Notes under the pieces: model-generated
Told to the model about the DNA's origin: nothing
Database searches by the model: none
What the model saw: the letters and a program-made list of their open reading frames with translations, nothing else
Part shown: piece by piece, positions 1 through 25,322 of the stretch
Layout of the letters: every line of letters begins with the position of its first letter
Numbering within the stretch: position 1 is the stretch's first letter
NCBI GenBank assembly: GCA_963693365.1
Contig: CAVNZM010000004.1
Coordinates: 9,948,468-10,012,467, forward strand
Length of the DNA stretch: 64,000 nucleotides
Source of the DNA: Amoebidium appalachense
Lineage: Eukaryota > Protista > Ichthyosporea
Reading direction: 5' to 3'
Position numbers and translations under genes: made by a program

Positions 1-681
1 CCCCCCCCTCCCCCCCCCCCCCCCTTCTCTCTCTCCCAGGGGCCTCACTCGTGCATACACATCTGAGATTGAACAAGGGGATTGAAATGAGTTGGGTTCG
101 TCAACAGGGAGTAATGTGAGGAAGGAGAGAGTCCTGTGTTCTGTGGTTTCCAATAGGTTTCCTGCTTTTTCAAAGATTTGACCACGGGCTGGGGTGGGGT
201 GCAATCGTGGTGGTGGTGGCGAGGTTTTTAGGGATGGGGTGGGGTGGGGGGGGGGGGGGGGGGGGAGGGGAGAGGGGGGATGGGGGGGGGGGGGGGGGGG
301 AGGGAAGGGGGGCATGCTGTGTATCTGTTGGGCTGGGTGAGATTTTTTGGGCAAGAGAGGGGCCTTCTATGTTAAACACGAAGCGATGGGGGTCCCGACA
401 GACTATTATCTTGTGCTTCTAGGAAAGTGCCGTCTCTGAGGATGATGGAGAGAGGAGGGCGGGGAGGGGGGGGGAAGAGGAGGGGGGGGGAGGGGGGGGG
501 GGGGGGGCAAATGAAGCCCCAAACATCCCCCCCCCCCCCCCCCCCCCCTCCCCTTCACAGAGGAAAAAAGAAAAGGAACAAAAAGAAGAAGACGGAGAAT
601 AATAGGATGACATGGCATATCGTATCGATCGACTGATGTCTCTTATCCCCCCCCCCCCCCCCCCCCCCCCCCTTCCCCCAG

Positions 682-759
<78 letters not shown>

Positions 760-1599
760 CTTTATGGAACTACCTGGAACTGCCGCTGGGGATGAACTCT
801 CGTTTAAGAAAGACTAGGGTGGTAACGACATAAAATGGCGGATATGTGAGGGGATGGGTAAAAGCAAAATGGGTGGGGAATAGAACATGTTGGTGGGGAG
901 AGTGGAGAGGAATAGTGTGTGCGGGGGAGCGTGTGTCCACGCGGGTGTATTTGTGTTTCTGTAAGTGGTGGGTCGGAGGTGGTTGTGGTGGAAGGAACTC
1001 TATCGTGAGCAATAGAGACCTAACGAGAGAGCGTTTTTTTTTTTTTTTTTTTTTTGTAGTGGGGTGCGGTGGGGGTCGTGGTTTTGGTGGTGGGTGGTGG
1101 TGGGTGGTGGTGGTGGTGGTGGTGGTGGGGGGGGGGGGGGGGGGGGGGGGGGGGAGGGTTGGTTGGTTGGGGAGGGGGAGGGGAGGGGTGGTGGGGGAGA
1201 GAATTTCTTTTTTTTTTTTCTTTTTCATCTCCCCCTCCCCCCCCCCCCCCCCCCCCCTTCCCCTCTGTTGTTGGGCCTTTAGGGGAGGGAGGGAGGGAGG
1301 GAGGGAGGGAGGGAGGGGGGGGGGAGGGAGGGGGGGGGGGGGGGAGATATGAGACCCAAATGACTTACTGCTAAGTCAGAAAACCACATAGTAAGTGCCA
1401 AAAAACAATTTGCAAGTGTAACATTACATTTTTCTCTGCTCGGTGAAAAATTATTTTTTTTCTTAAATCTAAAGCCACTAATTAGCTGCTCACGGTCCCA
1501 GCTTAGAAAAAAATCCCAAGGAGTCAAGTAGTGGTGGCCAGTGGCAGCCTGCAGGTTTCAACCAATATGTATGTATATAATATAAAGTTTTTTAAGTGT

Positions 1600-1725
1600 A
1601 AGTTTATATACATATCCTACATAGCTATTCGTAAACATTTAACCTATGTATGTAGATACTATAAAGGAGTGTAACTTAAAGTTTATATACACATATCAGG
1701 GTACATAGCTATTCGTAAACACTTA
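1600..1725. repeat. Short imperfect direct repeat (AAGTTTATATAC...TACATAGCTATTCGTAAACA x2)
   Basis: Two copies about 80 bp apart in AT-rich intergenic DNA. Confidence 0.7.
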
Positions 1726-4700
1726 AACTTTGGCATGTGACAGAAGCGCAATGCCCGATGTAAAGTAGCTGAAGCAAGACAAGTACATAAAAAATTAATA
1801 TCACGAATTAGTATTACATTAACTAGCGCCCAACAGTCAGCAGTCAGAAGGAACAGAACTTTAGAAACCCCATGTAAATCATAGTAGCAAGAGCACGACA
1901 TGATTTTAAATTGAATTAGCCTAATATAGCAACAATGTATTATAAGTGGTTGGTCGAGCCAGTGTGCCGCCTTCAAACTAGGAGCCCCCTATGTACAGTA
2001 GTAATAGATGCAAGCACACTGCAATTACGTTCCCACGAGAATGAATTTGTGTACTGCATAACTTATGATATATAAAACTTTAAAGCGAGCAAACAACATC
2101 ACGGCCTCAATGGCCTATTCGATCAAGAGTGGTCACCATGAAATGTGCACACCACACACATATATTATACTTCCATGCCGATACACACACCCAAACAGTG
2201 TTGATGTCACGCTCATGTGCATATATCAACCATATGCCCACAAAAAAAGACTATGGAAATTTGATTTTCAATTGGCACAACAACAGGAAAATCACCGGCA
2301 CGGGATGGGTAACACCGTGGCCCGTGTACGTGTGACACACACGTACGTACAGACACAAAGCAGCAACACGGTGCCACACACGTGGCAAACGTCGCATTCA
2401 TAGAAACATACATTTCACACCGTAGTAGTATTTTTCCACCACACACACAGAGGCTGTGGCACATACATGGACACATCTATACTGACACACACATGCACTG
2501 CTAGTGCCACTGGTACACAAGCACACGTGAATTAGAAGCACACATGGACAACACACACACACGCGCGCGAACACACACACACAGTGTCACGGCGTGTGAC
2601 ACGCACACACACACACAAACACACACGTACCGTGACACACCCACTACACACACCCCACGCACACACAAACACACACGTGCGCACATACACAGGCACACGT
2701 GCGCGCACACACACCATAGGCAGATGTGTCCACACACACGCACTTTGACACACACACACACAGTACACGTACACACACACACACCACGTGAACACACACA
2801 CACACATGCCACACACACCACGTGCACCCCCCCCCCCCCCCCCCCCCCACACACACGCACAAATTTAAAACAAACCAGCTGCAGGCTGGCCCCGGGTGAT
2901 TCACTGTTGAACATTACGATACCCCGGTGACCGGTCGTACGTGTGTGCATGCACGCACAACTAGTACTCTGACAGTATGCGTGTGCGTATTTATTGTCAC
3001 TACGGTAAACGGGAAGCCATGCATATGCAGCTACAAATTTACGAGTGGGTGTGCTGGATATCAAGTTACGCTGCTGGAAAACACAGCTAGCGCTACTAGC
3101 ATTCGAATTCCACAGCTGGTAAACAAACTAAATTAACAAACAAACAAACACATAATGGCCAGGGCCGCGGTGAACATCTGTGGTGTACCGGTTGGCGCCT
3201 AATATTAGCTAGCGGTCTTGGCCAATCAATGCACATGGACAAATCCAAACGCTGATGACGCCCCGCGCATATGCGCACCCGTTTGATTTTAACCATGTAT
3301 GCATGCTCTGATCATGACGCCCAGCTACACGAACCCAAATTGACGTAAACGTAAACACCTCACTGCCTTGTTCAGCATGTCTGCACTCTGCAGCTGGTGC
3401 TTATTCGAGCGGCTAATATTATGCACTTGATCAGGATATACCGCTGAGGGGATAATTCGAGCAAAACCCCCCCATACCTGAGACTGGCTCTCTTTTGCCT
3501 CGAGTAAACAGCGTAAACCCTTATCTTTTAAATTTCAGCTCGAACCATGAGTGTTGTCATATGTATATGAACTAAATTTGACCATGACACGATTATCATT
3601 CTTCACGGGCTGCTGTGTTGTAGTGAAACTACGTATACGGTTGCTACCAGCACTGCCAGTGATAATGTGAACACGTGCATGTCATCTGTTGTGCAACACG
3701 TGTATGTACATGTTTGATTGCTCGGTGCCCAGCCCATGCAGCCTGGTGGTGATACTGGTGCGCGGACATATGTGGAACATTGTGGACGGGACGACAGCGA
3801 CCAATCACAATCCACTAGCTAACGGAAATACTGTACCGAGGTGACCGTGACATTCAACTCCCAGCGTTTGCCAGCATCCGAGACTCCCGACTCCCGAGTT
3901 CTCTTGGTACGTGGGACATTTCGATATAAAAATCAAAAAATCGTTGATTAGAAACAACGAGAAGCCAGTTGGCAACTTGGCACGTTATTTCTTCACACAG
4001 TGTTAGTTTTGAAATTCTCAAGTTTGTGCCTGAGGCCAGATCGACTGAGACAGTCACAATGTCTTGAAAAGTAACCAATCAGAACTCTTGTTTACATTGC
4101 GTTTGGGTCTTCTCAACCAGTAAAAAGGGCGGTGCAGGGTGCCAAATCGATCTACTATTGGACGGGAAACAATCAAAAGATTAAGATCACTTTAAGGGGG
4201 GTCTATTGGTGGAAACTTCATATGACCCCAAAACACGACAAATTGAATACTTGGATACGCAACTTGAAAGCTCGAAAAAAAAAAAGCTTAAGAGGCACAT
4301 ATTTTTACATTAATTTGCTTTTATGAGCTATATGTATTTTAAATTTTATAAGGTAATTGCAAAAAAAATAGAGCACAAATATCATATATTCTCAAATTTC
4401 CGAAAACATCCCCATGAAGAAATTCGTCAAAGCTGCTCATGGGGGTTAAGAATCAGAGAACGGTCTCTCCCGCAGTGTGTGTGTGTCCACTTTCGAATTC
4501 CGGTCAGGCAAACGAGTTCGAGCCAACTTCAGCGCGCACAAGCCCATCGACTTCTCTGATATGCTATGTTATAATTGTTTATTTTACTGTTATAACTACT
4601 AATATTGAGTTCCTTCATCTTATTGTTACCTTATTACTGTAACGGAGTTAGGTCCTTAGGGATTTAACTAGTTGTCCAGCACACAGACTCCTGCTTCTAA

Positions 4701-5121
4701 CCCGTCCTGCCTTGTGTTGATCGAAATTCACATGTTGATCAAGATGTAACTTGTCATTAATACATTCACGTTTTCGGTGTCTTATTCCAGAACTCACCTT
4801 TCAACTTACTTGAAAGTGCTGTCCAATCCACTCGAGATACGTCTGTTTGCAATCGTACTGTGAATCCACACACACACATACACATACAGTGTGGAGGACA
4901 CGGACACACACGCACACCCTAACGCACCCACACACGCAGACGCACACGCACACGCACACACCCACCGTGTGACACACACACACACACACACACACATACA
5001 GCAACATTCTTCGACGAATTGACACGCATGCGCCGCCAATCTCACACCAGCACACAGGCGTGCTCAAACGCACGCGTGACAACAGTTTTCGGCCTTCCCT
5101 TTTCCTTCTACGCCCCTACAT

Positions 5122-6047
5122 ATGGCTTCGCACACATCTGTAGAAGATAGATTAGACCCCGTATACACATATCCCAATTCTTACGCAAAAATGGATGACC
5201 TAGTTTCCGCGGCAACCCTAGCCGCTCAACACCTATCCCCAGATGGTGGCATGGGGTTTGAAGAGAGTAATTCGTATGAAAAGGATGAGAAAGACAGTGA
5301 TGTAGATGAGCAAAGCACAAACTCAAAACCTCGACGGAAATCTGCGGGCACCGGTGGGGATAGAGAGCCAAAGGACAAGTCAGACAACATACCTTGCCCG
5401 GCCGGGTGTGGGAGGTTCTATAGTACAGATGCGTCTGTGCGTAACCATTTAAGGCTAAAACATCACGAGAGGAGGTTCCTAAAGCCGCATAGGAGAGGAC
5501 CCCCCAAAAGGCAAAACTCGACACCGAATATCACTGTGAATACGGAGGAATACAGGAGAAGGAGGTGGGTTTTTATGTGGAATGAGGGGTTGTGATGGGG
5601 GTGGGTTGGCGACACAAGAAGGGGGGAGGTTGGACGGGGGGTGGGGTGGGGGTGGGGGGTGGGGGGGAGGGGGGAAGGGGGGAAGGTGGGTGCGGGAGTT
5701 ATAATGGGCAGGGGCATTGGTAATACCAAGGGGTTTCCTTTCACCCACAATGGTTAGATGATCTGTTCGCACTGCACAGGGATTCCATATGGACCATCTT
5801 TTTTTTTGGGGGGTTTCTTTTTTTTCATTTTACTTCGGGGGGGGGGGGGGGGGGGGGGGGGGTTCCATATGAACCACCTTGTTTTTGTTGTTTTCTATTT
5901 TTTCTGTTCACTTTTCTTTCTGTGTAGTTTGTGAGCTGCATCCCAGACCGACTTTTGGGAGGTTTTTTGCATATGTCTGTGCACCTGGCCGAGCCTCTCT
6001 CCTAATGTTACGCAATATGTAGGAAAGGGTGTTGTCAGGCATTCATG

Positions 6048-6104
<57 letters not shown>

Positions 6105-7045
6105 CGCGTGCGTGCATGCATGTGCTCCTTTCTTTCTTTCTTTCTTTCTTTTGCAACTTGGGGGGTAAAGGAGGTGCTTTTTCCGAGGGGGGGGGGGGGG
6201 GGTTGAGTGCAGGGCCTACGAGGCGAGCACGGTTGGGGCTTGGTAATGCTAAAAACCGTAGTCTAATGGCAGGCACACATCAGGTGTTTGGGTGCTTTCT
6301 GCGTGTGATTGTTGATACACGTGCAAATGCTAGTGCGTGTGTGCATATGCATGTCTAGGTGTACATGCTTATGTCCAGCTTTAACCTTCTGCACGTGTGT
6401 GTGCACGCAGCCGCGATGTGAGCGTGTCACGTTTAAGTTGCACATGTGCAGGCACGTGGGCAACCAAGTACACAGGTGCAGTTACCCAAATGAATACAGT
6501 CACACAAGTTCACGTGCGCAAACGCATACAAGCGAACACACATGGGACATACACGCAAGCACATATGCACACGAGCACACTAGAAAGATGGACTAGGGGG
6601 TGCTGCCGTGCACATGTTGTGAATGTTTTTTTTTTGGACCAGTCTGTTCATGTTTTTTTTTTTTTGTTTTTTTGATCATAAAAAAGGGTATCAAAGATAA
6701 TGGGTTAGACAAGCCGGTGTTATGGGGAGGACTGAAAGGAAATATCCGCTTATCACATGAATGTACAACTGCTTGTCATCTAATGATATCCTGGTTATGC
6801 ACATTGAGACATATTTTTTGCATGTCTAACCTCCCTCCTTCTCCCCTTTTCCAATTCTCGCATTTTCATGCTGGCTTCCAATCCTCTTTGGGATTGCACA
6901 AACACAACACATACACCTACCGTGAGTGACACGAAAAAACATGCCATCACATTCAACACCTGTTCACACACGGGCACACACATCTACGTTCGGACACACG
7001 ATACACTCACATGTGTATGGGTGTGGGTGTGTGCGCGTAGTTGCC

Positions 7046-7083
<38 letters not shown>

Positions 7084-7805
7084 TGTGCACACACACACAC
7101 ACACCCATCAACACGTACACACACACGCACACACACACAGCATGAGTGTGGGCAGTGGTCCCCTTCCAGATACCGGTGACTGTGTGCCCATAGCCCCTCG
7201 TCTTCGCACCGCCTCCACCCCCGTTGTTCAGACCCGGGGTAGGCCCCCACTAGGGAGACCCCTCACCCCGCCCGTATACGGTGCAACCGGACCAACATTT
7301 CATAGGTACGATGGGTATGATATATGTTCTTAATGCATTGTTTTGTTTGTCGTGAATGTGTGTTTTGCATTCTGTAGCTCATTCTGAATCCCCTCCCCAC
7401 CACATACATACACATACGTATACACACTCGTGCTTCAGGCTGTCTGTCTGACTTATTGACCGTGTGTGTGAGCGCTTGTGTGTGTGTGTGTGTGTGTGTG
7501 TCTATGTGTGCATCCACACACCTTTCTGCCCAACCCTAGCTCTGCGCCCCTCACCGTTCCTCAATCTCAAACATATCTGCATCATAATCATGTGATTCAA
7601 GTGTTAACACTCGTCAGGCATTCGTGCAGCACTCTGTTGGCCCTTAATTGTTCTTTTCTTCCTGTTTTATCCAATCTCGTTTGTTTTGTTTGTGCCTGAA
7701 GCCTTCATCTTTTCACAACATACCTGAATAGGGAAGTTCTATAAACTCTCTGCTTTCCACAAAAGGTGCAAGAGGGAATAGATTGTGTTGGCCTTCCCCC
7801 CCCCC

Positions 7806-7837
<32 letters not shown>

Positions 7838-8049
7838 AAAAAAAAAAAAAAAAGAAGAAGAAAAAACCTCCTCCCCCCCGTTTTGTTTGTCCAAAAACTT
7901 CTATGTCCGACCCTACGTTTCTGATATGTACATCATACAGAGTAACACATAGTAATCCCCCTCTCCCCCCCCCCCCCCCCCCCCCCCCTCACAGCCCCGT
8001 TTTCTTGAGCCGCCATCAACACCAACACAAGCACACGCGCGCACGCGCG

Positions 8050-8102
<53 letters not shown>

Positions 8103-9433
8103 CGCCCCCGGAATACGCCACCAAGGGCTGGGTGGAAGGTAGGCCCGAACCTCGCCTACATGCCTCCAAGCATGGCCCCCAACCCATCGCCCTTGCCCCC
8201 ACCCACCACCGACGTGCATCCACAACGGCCCTTATGGTGGGACCCCACAATCGAAATTTCACGATCGATTCGATGTTGGGCCCCCCCGTCCCAGTGCACC
8301 CTCCCAGGAGTCCATTTGATTTCGTCGAGCCACAAATCGCGCCCAATCGAATGCATCATTCTATGACGTCACCACCACGATCGGCCAATCGAAATCGCCA
8401 AGTACTGCTGCTCCCGAACACACATCCCCGCGACGAGGGGCCATGGGGGGGTCTAAGCCCAAATTCGGGGCCGAGGCATAACCCCAACCGGTCGGCAGGG
8501 GGTTACGACGACTGGTATCCGACACCTTCACGGGAAATTGACGAGATGGATATGGCCGCTGCAGAGTATCTATACGGTCGGTTTCCTGAAACCGGAATCG
8601 AAAACACCGGAGACGTGTGGGCTTTCGGGGTGGGGAGGGGGGATTCTGTGTCCGACTCGATACGGAGCGAATCGTGGGAGGAGGCACTAAAACACGACGG
8701 GTTGATTCCCATGCGGCCGCCAAACGAAATTCCGTACGCCCACCCGGGGGAGAGGGGCGGGGGCTATGAATCCGTTTTGGGGCTTCGAGAATCTTCGACC
8801 AATTGGGAGCTTCGGCATGAGGTCGGGGGGTTCGGAGTGCCGCACGGCCGGGAGCAACCATATATGGAAAGTGGGTTGGGGCTTAGTGATTGGGCGCTCG
8901 GGATCGAAGTTTGGGCCGGAGACGGCGGGCAAAATCCCAACCACCGATTGGTTGAGGCGGGCGAAAACCAGCCGCCGTGGCAAGATCCGCGCATGTTTTC
9001 GGACCAATCGGAAAGGGTGGAAATGGAGGCTGTGCGGTATTTGGAGACTGCCCAGGCCGTGGCCCAATGGCGTGCTCACAAATCAGGCTTTCCGGGATAT
9101 TCCAGCGAATCACGTGGGAGCCCCAGAAACCCAATACCAATGGACACTGACCAACATCCGCGGATGAGTGGGTATGTGGGGATGGGTGAGTTTTCAAGAC
9201 AGAGAGACGGTCACACATCTGGAAATTTTGGCGGTGGCGTGGGGGGCCCAGATGGGGGCGCAGGGGGTTTGAACGAGAAGCGACGGCCGTTTTCGAGGGA
9301 CGATATTGCGGAGCTGGTGGGGTACCTTGAGTCTAGGGGGATGGTGGAGAATGCGAGCGTGGACCAGCTGCTGGAGATGTTAAAGAAAATCACAGAGCAG
9401 CACAAGGAGGAGGGGACCATGCCAATGTGCTGA
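5122..9433 (+). CDS. Single C2H2 zinc-finger protein (putative transcription regulator), 3 exons, ~646 aa
   Basis: Exons 5122-5564, 7141-7305 and 8101-9433 have GT-AG boundaries and consistent phases (2,2); total 1941 nt. Exon 1 encodes CPAGCGRFYSTDASVRNHLRLKH (C-x3-C-x12-H-x4-H) followed by a basic patch. The remainder is mostly P/G/S-rich with a short helical C-terminus. Confidence 0.75.
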
Positions 9434-10506
9434 ACACGTGTGTGGGTGTGTGGGTGTGTGGGTGTGTGGGTGTGTGTGTGTGTGCACATATATGCGTGGG
9501 GGGAGGGAAGGGTCTCCTTTCTTTTCCCTTTTGGTGTATGTTTTGGGGGGTTGGGGGGGGTGGGGGGGGGGGGGGTGTTTAGGACAAATAGAAAATCGTT
9601 TCTCTTTTCACTTTCCTCTTATCATTGCCTCCTACTTGTGGGTAGAAAGAATGCGATTAGTATTACGTCTCTGGTGTTTGCTGCAAGTGTGCACACAGAC
9701 GTAGGTGTGTTATCCACAAGCTTTGAGAATCTGATGTCCACTTAGCAATTTTCGCGAGTTTGTTGTGTTTATAATATTCATTCGTACTTGTGCTGTACAG
9801 AGCGCAGGGCGCACTACGAGTTTCCCCGCATTCTTCACCCCTCTTGATAGTTACATTTTTGTCTGTACATAAGCTGAGAACGGGGAAGAAACGACTATGT
9901 ACTACAAGTCTGAAACAGAGGGAAAATATCTTCGGTTTTTTTGGATTTGTCTAGGCTAGCGGAGTTGTTTCAGTTTTAACCTTTTTTAATTTCAGTTATT
10001 AGCCTTAGTGCAGTTATTGCTCAACATTTCATGTCATTAGTGACTATAGTTGAGGTTTCCGCTCCCCTCGCTAAGTCTCAAATGTTGATTTCTAGGGTGC
10101 AATAATCAAATCATAATACGGGAATCTTTACTGTGTAATGGCTTGCATGCAGCTGGGCTGAGCCACTTAGAGCATCACCTGCAGATGCACACGTAACCAC
10201 TCATATGCTACTTATAGCTATAGGTTGTACATAAAACGAGATTTCATGTGCACCCCCCTAATTTCCAACTGGCCATGGTGTACATAAAGGCATCGTCGTA
10301 ATCAATTTTTGACCCGACCCGTAACGACTACGACATGTGTCGGTATACAGAATACGCATCCTATATATGGCAACCCATAAAGAGGACATCAATGCCATAT
10401 ACACAGGCTAATCCAACTACTAGTACACTTCTCTGAGGGGGACACTACGGTTAGTGATAACCGACAGGTGACATTCACACTAGTACTGCCAGGATGGTGG
10501 TTGGTG

Positions 10507-10578
<72 letters not shown>

Positions 10579-11299
10579 GGGGGGGGGGGGGGGGGGGGGA
10601 TGGGTGGGAGGGGGGGAGGGGGGGGGGGGGGGGGGAGGGGGGCTGCCCCTAAAATTTGGTGCCCATATCAAACACTATAGCCACCGTCACGAGTGATATT
10701 CATAGTCAATCTTTACTCTTCCTCTGGTCACGGCCATTTGTCCGAACTTATACCACACTTGTGTTTGGCAAATAGAAACTTTATTTCTATACAGGATTAA
10801 GGGGGGGGGGGGGGGGGGAGGGGGGATGGGGGGCGCATTATCTAGAACGTACTAATAGCATCCTATGATCCTGAGGTTGAATTTGAATAGACAGCATTAC
10901 GAGAGAGGACGAAACTTTCCTAATGTGTGCATGCACATGTCTCCAAGCTGGCACGACTTGTTGTATGCAGCCTGTGCACAAAAGCATAGTGTTTGAGTGT
11001 TTGTAATATGTGTGGTAAGAATGCTGTGTGTGTGGAATGTTGGTTATGTTCAGTATGTGCTAGCATGTTCCCCTGTATTCTGTCAAGATTTTGTATCACA
11101 CACCTGCAAAAACAGAATCAACATACGGGGATTTTCGAACATACATGTAAAAACTGACCAAACACGGTGCACACACACACAACAAAACCACGACCTAAGC
11201 CATTGCTCTTACATGCGCACACTAGTTGAATGCCACCAGCCTATCCGATGGCATCCCCAACATTAAAACAATTTAACAGACTAAAATTAAAGATTAAAA

Positions 11300-21625
<10,326 letters not shown>

Positions 21626-23115
21626 TCTCTCGAGTCTTCAGGATGTGGCGCTCTCTGTCCCGTAAAAACGAGATGTTCGGTATAAGTTTGACAGATACCA
21701 CGAATGGGTCTTGAGATCTTGAACAGTAGCTGCCTAGAAGGAAAAAAAGCTATAAAAGACATTGAGTTAGAAGTTGTACCGAGGTTCTATTAGCCTACAC
21801 GAGTGTAAAAAAACAATCTCGAGACAAGGCTTTGTCAGTGGCTTTGCCAACGGGGCGTGTTCACATGGTTGGAAAGAATGTGCTAACGATCTATGGCGAG
21901 CCAATAGGAAATAGGCAGAATTATTTCGATTGGTGCATCTATCCCGCGCCACACCAAGTGGTGCGATCCGACCCAATCATCACCGGCGCACCCTTGTGAT
22001 ATGGCACGCCTCAACTTGAACTTCTCTGAAAAAAAGTGAGAAAGCCGCAAAGAATATGTCGAAAGATGAGCCAAAAAAAAAAAAAAAAAAAAAAAAAAAG
22101 GGGGTGGAATGAAGGGGCTGAATCTAGAAAATCAGGGGGTGCTTTCTTGCAAGGGAGATAATTTCTTGCCTTGCTCCTTATACAGTCGATGTGCATATGT
22201 TGCATAGTTCATAGTTCCACCTCTTCCGTGTATACGGTTGTAACGTGCATCCGGATGCAGTAGTGTGCACGTCTGCATATGTGCGTGTGCACGTACTTGC
22301 GTAGAATTATGTACGCGTGCGGTGCAGGCAAAAGCTTGGAGCTAGCAGGCTAGGTCCTGCAGTTTGAGTCAGCGCGTAAAAATAGTGGCACGCGACATGA
22401 CGCCTCAGCGATCTTGACACCCTAGGGGCTATGGCCATAGCCGGCTGGCGCATGAAGCGCGCATCGTCAGCGACGTATACAAGCAACATCAGTACGGATG
22501 TTGTTATTACTAATATCTTGGTTTACGCATGGCACTGGTTCACATACTATACCGTCTAATTGTAGCAGTTTGCTGTATATATATACACGTAGCTCGATCG
22601 CTCCGTTGGGACTGCCGCGGCCGGCCCCAGGCCTTGTCTGTCCATCTACCAAATTCGAACAAGATTCTGTATATTTACGCCCGCTTGTTGAGAATAGTAT
22701 GCCGCCTACCCTTGTTGTCTCGTGACCCTTTCGCATCGTCCTTTCTTGTTCGCTGCAGGCTCTACCTGTTGTCCATGTTTCGTTTTTGTTTGCCGGCGCT
22801 GCCTGGCGTTTGCCAAGTTTTGCACGGCACTTGCGCAAGTATGCATACCGAATTGTTTGCGCAATCCAATGGTGCGGGGGTTACCAATGAATACATCACA
22901 TGACATGTGCCCTTCATGAGCCACGCAGGGCCACAACACAACCAGATAAAAAACGAAACCTCGCTTATTAAGTATTCAAAAGCAGACAGAGAGCACACAG
23001 GGAGTAATTACAGTTCCAGTATTGCATCTTCGTATTGTCTGTTGTCGTCAAGGGGTTGATTTAAGGGTGAAGATAAGGTTGGTGTAATATGTGTTGAACT
23101 TCATCTATTATCCGC

Positions 23116-23400
<285 letters not shown>

Positions 23401-23990
23401 TGAGTGGTTGTTTGAGCGTGTGCATGTGCGCGTGAGTTGGGGCGGGGAAGGGATCGGACATTTCGCTTCTAAAGTACCGACAGTTTGAAAAATTCTGCTG
23501 GTTTTTGCAATCGTCAAAAACACTTTACTTGTGAATTCTTTTGACTGGGGCGAAATTGATATCAATATGACCGGTTATGTATGGCGTTCGTGCACATAGA
23601 ACAGACACAGCCTAGATAATTTTTGTGACACACAACGGGCCTGATAGAAACGAAGGTTCAGGAAGCTGTCGATTAAAAACAGACACCGACATACATCAAA
23701 CTGTATCTGAGTTTCCGAGCTTTCTGTTGTGCACGTAAATGTTGCTGTATTTTTAAACACTCTCCATGAAGTCTGCAAGCACTAAGAGAACGTTTTGATG
23801 TGAGGAATATGTTGCTACAAAATTTCGTGCACGCATTGTTGCCCATCAAAACTTTAAAACAAAACATTTCCCGTGCATCCCACCTTCAGCGCATACGGGT
23901 GTATGGTGGCAGGAAAATCACCTAACGTTTTTCAGACGGTTGACATCCGACACACAACACTGCACACATGCACGTTCGCATGCGCGCGAG

Positions 23991-24046
<56 letters not shown>

Positions 24047-24245
24047 CCCTGCCCTCCCCCCCCCCCCCCCCCCCCCCCCCCCCACCACCACCTACACACA
24101 CACACACACCAACACAAATTATTCACTCGTTCAATATTTTAAAAAACTAAGAGGTGTAGTTTATAAAGCACACACCATATTCTAACAGCAAACCCCCCCC
24201 TCCTCCCCCCCGCCCCCCTACCCCCTCGTCCCCCTTCCAGCAACC

Positions 24246-25244
24246 ATGTCAGCCTTCACCCCCACCGTTGCCCTCATTCAGGGTGCGAGTCGTGGGATCG
24301 GTTTGGGGTCAGTATTAACCCCCCCCTCCCCCTCTCCCCCCTCCCCCCAACCCTCCCTCTTTAGTTTGTTTGTGTTGACGTCATGAATGGGTCTAAACTC
24401 AGATACTGTGGATGGCTTGGTTCACCTCCTGAGAATGGGCTTTGCTCATTCCCGCATACTTTAATGTGTGCTTTGCAGTCTGCATTATGTTTTCCCGTTT
24501 TGTACTTCGCACTTTTTTAACACATTCTAAACCCCTCCCCCCCACCGCGCCACGCCCCCACCCCACCCCCGACCCCCCCAACCTCGGATCCCCCACCCCC
24601 TCTCCGCCCCCCTCCAACTTCTGTCTTTCCTCTCTCCCGGTCGTCGATGTATTCCCTTTGACACTTTCCGTAATTGGCTCCCGTCCCACCCCATCCATAC
24701 CTCCGAGTTCCCCTCTGGCAGACACACACCCTCCTTCCCTTGACAAGCCCACTTTTCATCCCCTTCACTTTGTCTTTTTGAGACCGTGCGGTTCAAATGC
24801 ACATATTACTATTTATGCCCAACAATTCTTGACTTCATTGAAGACTTACTATTCCGAATGCCCACCCCTCCCCCCCCCCCCCCTCCCCCCCCCCCCCCCT
24901 ACCCTCCTCCCCCCCCCCCCCCCCCCCCCCCCCACACACACCGCCCGTCATTCACACACAGCCCTTCCTCCCCCCCCCCCCCCCTCTCCCCCTACCCATC
25001 CATTCTCTCTCTTCCTACCCCCCCCCCCCCCCCCCCCCCCCCGTCCGCCCTTCTCCCAGCATGTGCCCCCTGTGCACACACCTCTTCTACGATGCCCCTC
25101 CGTCTGCTACTGCAACGCTAAGAGAACAATTCGGATAGAGCCACTTACCAGGGCCGCAGTTCGACAGCTGATTTTGCAACTTTTTTTCCGTCACAGCTTC
25201 TATCTCTCCTTCCTCCCGTCACCCAGACACCGGCTTAAACACAT

Positions 25245-25322
<78 letters not shown>

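Noticed and set aside
3860-3980. MITE with CAG..TTGCCA termini
   Set aside because: The inverted repeats are too imperfect, with no TSD and no second copy in the window.
21890-22010. Sterol regulatory element upstream of MVK
   Set aside because: CCAAT-like boxes are present, but there is no convincing ATCACCCCAC-type match.
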